NCBI GenBank assembly: GCA_028876375.1 | Contig: JAGWSB010000003.1 | Coordinates: forward strand, 1-58,651 | Direction: 5' to 3' | DNA: 58,651 nucleotides | DNA from: Chloroflexota bacterium | GTDB taxonomy: Bacteria; Chloroflexota; Limnocylindria; P2-11E | Shown: positions 52,263 through 58,651 of the stretch, one piece after another | How positions within the stretch are numbered: the stretch's first letter is position 1 | Layout: every line of letters starts with the position of its first letter | Position numbers and translations under genes: made by a program | The notes under the pieces: model-generated | What the model was told of the DNA's origin: nothing | Databases searched by the model: none | Seen by the model: only the letters and a program-made list of their open reading frames with translations

Positions 52263-53779
52263 TGGACACGCCGATCGTCGAGATGGCCCGCATCAGCAAG
52301 CGGTTCGGCGATCTGCAGGCGCTCGCCGAGGTCGACCTCACCGTCCACAAGGGCGACATCCACGCGCTCGTGGGCGAGAACGGCGCGGGCAAGACGACGC
52401 TCATGAACATCCTCTACGGCCTCTACCGCCCGGACGCGGGGACCATCCGCGTGCGCGGCACGGAAGCGCACATCGCGGGGCCGCGCGACGCCATCGCGCT
52501 CGGGATCGGCATGATCCACCAGCATTTCATGCTCGTTCCGCCCCTCACCGTCGCCGAGAACGTCGTGCTCGGCGACGAGCGCGGCGGCCCGGTCCTCGAC
52601 ACGCGCGGCATCGAGGCGCGCGTCGCCGAGCTGGAGAAGCGATTCGGCATCCAGGCCGAACCCCGCGCGAAGATCGAGGACGTTCCGCTGGGGATCCAGC
52701 AGCGCGTCGAGATCCTCAAGGTCCTCTACCGCGGCAGCGAGATCCTCATCTTCGACGAGCCGACGGCCGTGCTCACGCCGCAGGAGGTCGACGATCTGTT
52801 CCACATCGTCCGTACGCTCCGCGACGAAGGAAAGACCGTGATCCTCATCACGCACAAGCTCCGCGAGGTGATGGCGGTCTCCGACCACGTCACGGTCCTG
52901 CGCGAAGGCCGCAACGCCGCCCACCTCGTCACGAAGGAGACGGACCCGAGGGCGATCGCGGTCGCGATGGTCGGGCGAGAGCTGCGCGACATCCGCGTCC
53001 GGCCGGGCAACGTCGGCCCGGCCGTGCTCGAGATCACGAGCCTCAGCGCCGAGTCCGACCGCGGTGGCCTCGCGCTGAAGGGCGTCGACGTCGAGGTCCA
53101 CGCCGGCGAGGTCGTGGGCATCGCCGGCGTCGGCGGGAACGGCCAGAGCGAGCTCGCGCAGTGCATCCTCGGGCTGCGCAAGGTCACCGGCGGTGTCATC
53201 AAGGTCGGCGGCAGCGACGTCGCCCACGACGATCCGCGCCGCACGCGACAGCGCGGCGTGGCCTACGTCCCCGAGGACCGTCGGGCGGAAGGCCTCGTGC
53301 TCCCGTTCACCCTCGCCGACAACTTCATCCTCGGCCGGCAGGACCAGCCGCCGTACGCGCGTCGCGGCATCCTCCAGGGCCGGGTCATCCGTCGCGAGGG
53401 CGAGCGCCTGGCCAAGGAGTTCGACGTGCGCCCGCCCGACCCCGACGTCGAGGTGGGAACGCTGTCGGGTGGGAACCAGCAGAAGGTCGTCCTCGGCCGC
53501 GAGATCTCCGAGTCTCCAAGGCTCATCGTCGCGAACCAGCCGACGCGCGGCCTCGACATCGCGGCGACGGAGTACGTCCACGAGCGCCTCCTCGAGCAGC
53601 GCTCGCGCGGCTGCGCGATCCTCCTCATCTCGAGCGAGCTCGACGAGATCCTCGACCTCTCCGATCGGATCGCGGTGATGTTCGAGGGTCGCATCGTCGC
53701 CGTCCTGCCGGCCGCCGAGGCCACCGAGGAGCGGCTGGGCCTCCTCATGGCCGGCCACGTCGAGGGGGTCCCGGCCTAA
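52262..53779 (+). CDS. Nucleoside/sugar ABC transporter ATPase (two NBDs)
   Basis: GENGAGKTT, FDEPTAVL, AGVGGNGQ, LSGGNQQK, NQPTRGLD. Confidence 0.94.
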   Translation: MDTPIVEMARISKRFGDLQALAEVDLTVHKGDIHALVGENGAGKTTLMNILYGLYRPDAGTIRVRGTEAHIAGPRDAIALGIGMIHQHFMLVPPLTVAENVVLGDERGGPVLDTRGIEARVAELEKRFGIQAEPRAKIEDVPLGIQQRVEILKVLYRGSEILIFDEPTAVLTPQEVDDLFHIVRTLRDEGKTVILITHKLREVMAVSDHVTVLREGRNAAHLVTKETDPRAIAVAMVGRELRDIRVRPGNVGPAVLEITSLSAESDRGGLALKGVDVEVHAGEVVGIAGVGGNGQSELAQCILGLRKVTGGVIKVGGSDVAHDDPRRTRQRGVAYVPEDRRAEGLVLPFTLADNFILGRQDQPPYARRGILQGRVIRREGERLAKEFDVRPPDPDVEVGTLSGGNQQKVVLGREISESPRLIVANQPTRGLDIAATEYVHERLLEQRSRGCAILLISSELDEILDLSDRIAVMFEGRIVAVLPAAEATEERLGLLMAGHVEGVPA

Positions 53780-53826
53780 GGGCGAAGCCCGATCGGCGCC
53801 GATCCATTTCCGACCTCCTCGCGGGG

Positions 53827-53887
53827 TTGACCGTGGTCACCGCCCAACGTACCGTTCCCCGGTCGGGTGGTCAGGCCACCTGACCGG
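53827..53887 (+). promoter_or_regulatory. Sigma70 promoter and overlapping FadR-type operator palindrome
   Basis: TTGACC 53827-53832, 17-bp spacer, TACCGT 53850-53855; CCGGTCGGGTGG-TCAGG-CCACCTGACCGG 53859-53887 containing TGGTCAGGCCA 53868-53878. Confidence 0.78.
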
Positions 53888-53913
53888 AACCAGTGACGAA
53901 GGCGGGAGGTGCG

Positions 53914-54675
53914 ATGGCTCTCGTTCAGCCCGTCCGGCGTGACCGGCTCTATCAGGGCATCGTCGCGCAGATCGAGGGTCTCCTCGAGCGCGGCGAGCTG
54001 AAGGCGGGCGATCAGCTGCCGCCCGAGCGCCAGCTGGCGGAGCAGCTCCAGGTCAGCCGCGCGTCGGTGCGCGAAGCGCTCCGATCCCTCGAGCTCCTCG
54101 GGATCGTCGAGACGCACGCGGGCGGCGGAACGTTCGTGAGGCACGCCCAGCCCGACGACCTGGCGCGACCCCTCACCAGCCTCATCAGCCGCGGCCACAC
54201 CATCGCCGACGTCATCGACGTCCGCGGTCTGCTCGAGCCCGCCATCGCGGAGCGCGCCGCGCGCAACATCGCGCCCGCCGAGATCTCCGAGCTGCGCGAG
54301 ATCCTCGCCGCGCAGGAGAAGAAGGTCGCGGCCGGCGAGCCCTACGTCGAGGAGGACACGCGCTTCCACGAGCTCATCGGCCAGGCGGCGGGCAACGAGC
54401 TCCTGGTCACGGTCGTGGGGGTGATCTGGGACGTCCTCCGCTCCTCGCGTGAGCAGTGGCTGCAGAACGAGGACCGCGCCCATGCTTCGCTCGAGGCCCA
54501 TCGGCGGATCCTCGTCGCGCTCGAGAAGCACGAGCCCGCGGCCGCCAAGGCGGCGGCGGCGGACCACATCCGCGCCGTCGGGGAAGGGATCCTCCGCCTC
54601 CTCGGGGAGGACGGGGCATCCCGGCGGGCGCACCCGGGACGGACACACAAGGATCAGGAGGTGGACACGGCGTGA
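53914..54675 (+). CDS. FadR-subfamily GntR regulator (PdhR/LldR/GlcC-like)
   Basis: GDQLPPERQLAEQLQVSRASVREALRSL; FCD with DTRFH, H and H metal-type residues. Confidence 0.93.
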   Translation: MALVQPVRRDRLYQGIVAQIEGLLERGELKAGDQLPPERQLAEQLQVSRASVREALRSLELLGIVETHAGGGTFVRHAQPDDLARPLTSLISRGHTIADVIDVRGLLEPAIAERAARNIAPAEISELREILAAQEKKVAAGEPYVEEDTRFHELIGQAAGNELLVTVVGVIWDVLRSSREQWLQNEDRAHASLEAHRRILVALEKHEPAAAKAAAADHIRAVGEGILRLLGEDGASRRAHPGRTHKDQEVDTA

Positions 54676-55805
54676 CCCAAGCGACAGCAGCACCGCCACA
54701 GACCGCGGCGGCGACGGACATCACGATCGAGGTCGTCTACCGCGGGATCTTCCAGAAGACGCTCGCGCAGCGCATCACGCGCGGCGTCGTCCTGGCCGCC
54801 CGGCAGAAGGGACTGCCGGGGACCGCGTTCTCGCGCTACGGCGACTCGCCGGAGCGCAACGGCGTGCCCGCGAAGCAGTTCGCCGTCGTCGCCGTGAACG
54901 ACATCGAGCTCGAGGCCTCGATGGCGCGCTACGAGCCGGCCGTCGTGGACGTCTCGGTCGCCGTCGACGACACGCTCGTCAAGGGCGTCGAGTCGTGGGC
55001 CTGGTACGGGCGCCAGCCGATCTGGAAGCCCGTGCGCCCGAACGGCGTCGTCCTCGTGACCAGCGACAAGTCGCCCGACGAGATCGTCGCGCAGACGGAC
55101 AAGACGGACCGTCCCTACACGCTCGGCGTGGTCCCCGGCGGCGCGTCCTTCGCCGGACTGTGGGTCTACAAGGACGACCACACCGATTGGCGCGTCCTCG
55201 GCGCGCTGTCCAAGGTCCTTCCCGAGTGGCTTCCGCTCGAAGAGGTCAAGGCGCAGGTGCGGCGGCAGACCAAGGACGAGAACGCCGTCGCGTCCGTCCA
55301 GTCCGGCCACGACGCGACGAAGCTCCGCCAGGTCAAGGTCGGCGAGGGCACCGACGCGCACGAGAAGCTCGGCTTCACGAAGCCCGGCTGGACGACGATG
55401 CGCACCGGCGTCATCGTCGACGCGCGGAAGCCCGGCGAGCGCAATCCGCAGTACAAGCGCTACGCCACGCGCACCCAGCGTCCCGTCGTCAACTTCGACA
55501 CCTGCATCAAGTGCACGATGTGCTGGCTCGACTGCCCCGACGAGTGCTTCGAGGTGACGCCGAGCGGCCACTTCGAGGTCGTCTACGAGGCCTGCGTGGG
55601 CTGCGGCATCTGCGCGCAGGTGTGTCCGGTCAAGGACTGCATCGTCATGGTCGACGAGCTCAAGTTCGACTCCAACAAGCTCGTCTTCCCGGTATGGGAG
55701 AAGGACCGCAACACGTACAACGCGTGGTTCGAGAGGACGAGCGGCCGCTCGGCCGCGCCCCCCACGGGCGAGAAGGCCGCTGTCGCGGCGGGAGGTGACG
55801 AGTAA
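54672..55805 (+). CDS. 2-oxoacid:ferredoxin oxidoreductase gamma-delta fusion subunit, oxalate oxidoreductase delta-like
   Basis: N-terminal gamma-like domain (YGDSPERNGVP) plus TRTQRPV and two CxxCxxCxxxCP ferredoxin motifs (CIKCTMCWLDCP, CVGCGICAQVCP). Confidence 0.85.
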   Translation: MTQATAAPPQTAAATDITIEVVYRGIFQKTLAQRITRGVVLAARQKGLPGTAFSRYGDSPERNGVPAKQFAVVAVNDIELEASMARYEPAVVDVSVAVDDTLVKGVESWAWYGRQPIWKPVRPNGVVLVTSDKSPDEIVAQTDKTDRPYTLGVVPGGASFAGLWVYKDDHTDWRVLGALSKVLPEWLPLEEVKAQVRRQTKDENAVASVQSGHDATKLRQVKVGEGTDAHEKLGFTKPGWTTMRTGVIVDARKPGERNPQYKRYATRTQRPVVNFDTCIKCTMCWLDCPDECFEVTPSGHFEVVYEACVGCGICAQVCPVKDCIVMVDELKFDSNKLVFPVWEKDRNTYNAWFERTSGRSAAPPTGEKAAVAAGGDE

Positions 55806-57037
55806 TGGCTGTCGCCGTCAAGACCACGGAGACCAGCGACGTCCAGACCGAGCAGCTCATGACGGGCTGCGAGGCCATCGCCGAGGCGATCCGCCTCGCG
55901 GACGTCGACGTCATGGCCGCCTTCCCCATCCGGCCGTACGACACGGTCATGCAGGCCGCCGCGAAGCTCATCGCCAACGGCAAGCTGGACTGCGAGTACA
56001 TCGTCGCCGACGGCGAGCACAGCCAGTTCGAGATCGTGAAGCACGCCTGCGCCGTCGGCTCGCGCGTCTTCGTCGGCTCCTCGGGCGTCGGCTGGTTCTA
56101 CGCCTTCGAGGCCATCGCCGTCACCGCCGGCCTGCGCCTTCCGGTCGTCGCCATCTGCGGCAACCGCGCCCTCGACGACCCCGGCGCGTTCGGCACCGAG
56201 CACAACGACTCGCTCGCCGTCCGCGACCTCGGATGGCTGCTCCCGTGGGCCGAGACGGCGCAGGAGTGCCTCGACCTCGCGCTCATGGCGTGGCGCGTCG
56301 GCGAGGACAAGCGCGTCTCGCTGCCGGTCGCCATCGGCCTGGACGGCGGCTTCCTCACCCATTCCCAGCAGCTCGTGAGCGTCCCGACGAAGGCCGCCGC
56401 GGACGCCTACCTTCCGCGCTTCGACCTCGGCGACCGCCTCCTGCACCCCGACAACCCCATCACCATCGCGCCGCAGGTCGACCAGGACTGGCTCATGGAG
56501 ATCCGGCGTCAGAACGACGCGGCGATGCGCCGCGCGCTCGAGGTCATCGCCGAGGCGCACGCGGACCTCAAGAAGCTCTTCGGCCGCGGCGGCGACAGCC
56601 CGTTCCTCGACGAGTACATGACCGATGACGCCGACGTCGTGTTCTTCGGCCAGGGCACGCTCGCCCTGCCGATGAAGGTCGCCATCCGGCGCCTGCGCAA
56701 GCAGGGCCACAAGGTCGGACTCGTCCGGCTCAAGTGGTTCCGGCCCTTCCCGACCGACGAGGTCGTCAGGAGCCTCTCGCGCTTCAAGGCCGTCGGCATC
56801 GTGGACCGCGACTACAGCTTCGGCTCGCCGTACTACGGCGGCGTCCTCTACAACGAGGTGCGCTCCGCCCTGTACTCGCGCGACGAGCGTCCGACCATCG
56901 TCGGCTTCGTCGCCGGCCTCGGCGGGCGCGAGATCGACCAGACCATGGCCCAGGACATCTACGACAAGACGGCCGCCGCCGCGGCGGGCGGCCTGGCGGC
57001 CGGCGACCAGTGCCACTGGATCGGAGTTCGGGAGTGA
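55805..57037 (+). CDS. 2-oxoacid:ferredoxin oxidoreductase alpha subunit, oxalate oxidoreductase-like
   Basis: RLADVDV, FPIRPY, DGEHSQ, GSSGVG, NRALDDPGAFGTEH, RVGEDKRV, FRPFP, AGLGG. Confidence 0.9.
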   Translation: MAVAVKTTETSDVQTEQLMTGCEAIAEAIRLADVDVMAAFPIRPYDTVMQAAAKLIANGKLDCEYIVADGEHSQFEIVKHACAVGSRVFVGSSGVGWFYAFEAIAVTAGLRLPVVAICGNRALDDPGAFGTEHNDSLAVRDLGWLLPWAETAQECLDLALMAWRVGEDKRVSLPVAIGLDGGFLTHSQQLVSVPTKAAADAYLPRFDLGDRLLHPDNPITIAPQVDQDWLMEIRRQNDAAMRRALEVIAEAHADLKKLFGRGGDSPFLDEYMTDDADVVFFGQGTLALPMKVAIRRLRKQGHKVGLVRLKWFRPFPTDEVVRSLSRFKAVGIVDRDYSFGSPYYGGVLYNEVRSALYSRDERPTIVGFVAGLGGREIDQTMAQDIYDKTAAAAAGGLAAGDQCHWIGVRE

Positions 57038-57133
57038 GAACGAAGAGCGAGCGAGATCCGGCTTCGCCGGGCGAGCAAGCGACAAACGATGCACGCGGCG
57101 CAGCCGCGAGCCTGCACTAGGAGGGAGATGGAA

Positions 57134-58189
57134 ATGGCTGTGGAAGCACCGACCGGGACCGGCACCCTCCCCCAGATCAAGGGCGTCAAGGAGGTCCCCT
57201 ACGACGAGCTCTTCGTCTCCGGCCACCGCACGTGCCAGGGCTGCGAGTCGGCGCTCGTCATGCGTCACATGGTCAAGGCGTCGGGTCCGCGCACGATCGT
57301 GCTCGGCTCGACGGGCTGCATGTACGTCGCGAACACGACGTACTACTCGACCCCGTGGGTGGTGCCGTGGATGCACACCCAGCTGGGCGCGGCCGGATCG
57401 GCCGCGCTCGGGACCGCCGCGGGCCTCAAGGTCCTCATGCGCAAGGGCAAGCTCGCTCGCGAGAAGATCAACGTCATCGCGTTCTGCGGCGACGGCGGCG
57501 GAGCGGACATGGGGATCGGCGCGATCTCCGCGGCGCTGACGCACAAGGAGTACGACCTCCTCGTCCTCCTCTACGACAACGAGTCGTACGCGAACACCGA
57601 CATCCAGCTGTCGAGCCAGACGCCGTGGGGCGCGGTCACGACGTTCTCTCCGACCGGGAGCGAGCGCCGGATCATGCACACGCGCTGGAAGAAGAACGTC
57701 CCCGGCATGCTCGCGGCCGGCCACCCCGAGTCCCGCTACATCGCCGCGGGCTGCGCGGCCTACGCCGTCGACCTGATGAACAAGATCCGCAAGGCGCTCG
57801 AGGTCGGCGGTCCGACGTTCGTGCACACGCTCGACCCGTGCCCCAAGGGCTGGGACTACCACCCGCAGTACAGCCAGGAGCTCGGCCACCTCGCCGTCGA
57901 GGCGGGGATCTGGCCGCTCTACGAAGTGCTGGACGGCGTCGTGAACCTCACCGGCCCGACGCGGCAGATCGCCGAGGGCCGCAAGAAGCGCAAGCCCGTC
58001 GAGGACTACCTGCGCCGGCAGGGCCGCTTCGCGCACTTCACCACGGAGGACGTCGAGCACTTCCAGGCCGAGGTCGACAAGATGTGGGAGGAGTGGCTCA
58101 TCCCCGGCGTCATCCCGTTCACCATCCCGCAGAAGGACGTGACCCTCCTCAACATCGACAAGAAGAAGCCGCTGCACGCGACCGCCTGA
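57134..58189 (+). CDS. 2-oxoacid:ferredoxin oxidoreductase beta (TPP-binding) subunit, oxalate oxidoreductase-like
   Basis: GHRTCQGC, TGCMYVANT, TPP motif GDG...YDNESYANT, GHPE, PCPKGW. Confidence 0.9.
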   Translation: MAVEAPTGTGTLPQIKGVKEVPYDELFVSGHRTCQGCESALVMRHMVKASGPRTIVLGSTGCMYVANTTYYSTPWVVPWMHTQLGAAGSAALGTAAGLKVLMRKGKLAREKINVIAFCGDGGGADMGIGAISAALTHKEYDLLVLLYDNESYANTDIQLSSQTPWGAVTTFSPTGSERRIMHTRWKKNVPGMLAAGHPESRYIAAGCAAYAVDLMNKIRKALEVGGPTFVHTLDPCPKGWDYHPQYSQELGHLAVEAGIWPLYEVLDGVVNLTGPTRQIAEGRKKRKPVEDYLRRQGRFAHFTTEDVEHFQAEVDKMWEEWLIPGVIPFTIPQKDVTLLNIDKKKPLHATA

Positions 58190-58209
58190 GCACGGTCGAG
58201 CGCACGTGA

Positions 58210-58238
58210 AGAGGGCCCGCCGTGACGGCGGGCCCTCT
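58210..58238. terminator. Hairpin between convergent beta-subunit gene and rpsR
   Basis: AGAGGGCCCGCCG-TGA-CGGCGGGCCCTCT, 13-bp stem. Confidence 0.7.
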
Positions 58239-58258
58239 CTCTGTCGCGTCGTGAACGA

Positions 58259-58651
58259 CTACGACGACGGTGGCGGCGCGGCCGGAGGCGGAGGCGTTCC
58301 GCCGCCCGCGGGAGAGCCGCCCGCCGGCGCGGGAGCGCTGGGCGCCGGACGTGGGCCGGCGGAGTACGGCCGGTAGGGTGGACGCTCGGGACGGGGCGGC
58401 GGCGGGCCGCCCGCGAGCGCGCGGTCGCGCGCCGACATCATCCCGCGGATGTGCTCCGCGGTGTACGGCAGGAGCGCCATGTAGCGCGCGCGCTTGAGCG
58501 CGGTCGTGAGCATCCGCTGGTGCTTCGCGCAGGTGCCGCTCTTGCGGCGCGGCTCGATGCGCGCACGGTCGCTGAGGAATCGCTGGAGACGCGGACGGTC
58601 CTTGTAGTCGATGCGCTTGACCTTCTCGAGGCAGAACACGCAGACCTTGCG
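58259..58651 (-). CDS. rpsR: 30S ribosomal protein S18 (Zn-binding type), 5' end outside the window, Pro-rich C-terminal tail
   Basis: RKVCVFC...IDYKD...[21 protein letters not shown]...[11 protein letters not shown]. Confidence 0.95.
   Translation of the reverse strand, partial: RKVCVFCLEKVKRIDYKDRPRLQRFLSDRARIEPRRKSGTCAKHQRMLTTALKRARYMALLPYTAEHIRGMMSARDRALAGGPPPPRPERPPYRPYSAGPRPAPSAPAPAGGSPAGGGTPPPPAAPPPSS

Noticed and set aside
49106-53779. BMP ABC transporter as part of the oxalate system
   Set aside because: Motifs are those of ordinary nucleoside ABC importers and no FadR-type operator was seen upstream
1-58651. tRNA, rRNA, tmRNA, SRP RNA or IS transposase genes
   Set aside because: None recognised; intergenic gaps are short and accounted for by promoters, terminators, the T-box and the palindromic element

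Overview
High-GC bacterial chromosome segment; ribosomal protein S18 and gene order suggest Chloroflexota (inference). Bases ~850-34,550 are a mostly minus-strand housekeeping block: comM/yraN/rnhB/rplS/trmD/rimM/khpA/rpsP/ffh/ftsY/smc/rnc/acpP/nusB/plsX/rpmF/rsmD/recG/DAK2/rpmB/rlmN/fmt/def/priA/gmk/rluD/lspA/fabGFD/ileS with a T-box. At the left edge comM is cut in the middle of its GEVSLAHxGVLFLDE motif by an element carrying a large serine recombinase, which the ORF track missed because it runs off the window. Bases ~34,870-58,190 are accessory metabolism: a CoA ligase, an amidohydrolase, a NitT/TauT ABC transporter, a MetE-like enzyme, Nudix, MFS, LCP, IlvE, an OxlT-like transporter, a Ca/cation antiporter, a nucleoside ABC transporter, and a FadR-regulated three-subunit oxalate-oxidoreductase-like operon. 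The window ends in a partial rpsR. Most notable: (1) an apparent oxalate/C2-acid regulon in which the OxlT-like gene and the OOR-like operon share a TGGTCTGACCA-type operator; (2) the serine-recombinase element in comM; (3) a dispersed 38-bp palindromic element in two distant intergenic sites with compensatory substitutions; (4) a TrmD-tandem-HTH fusion, a shortened SMC, an IleRS2 with GIHH/EFHKT motifs and an ultrashort-Stem-I T-box carrying a terminator. No rRNA, tRNA or CRISPR array was recognised. Many start codons were re-called by eye from the GC-rich ORF track. All family assignments are from motif recognition, not database searches, and reference residue numbers are from memory.
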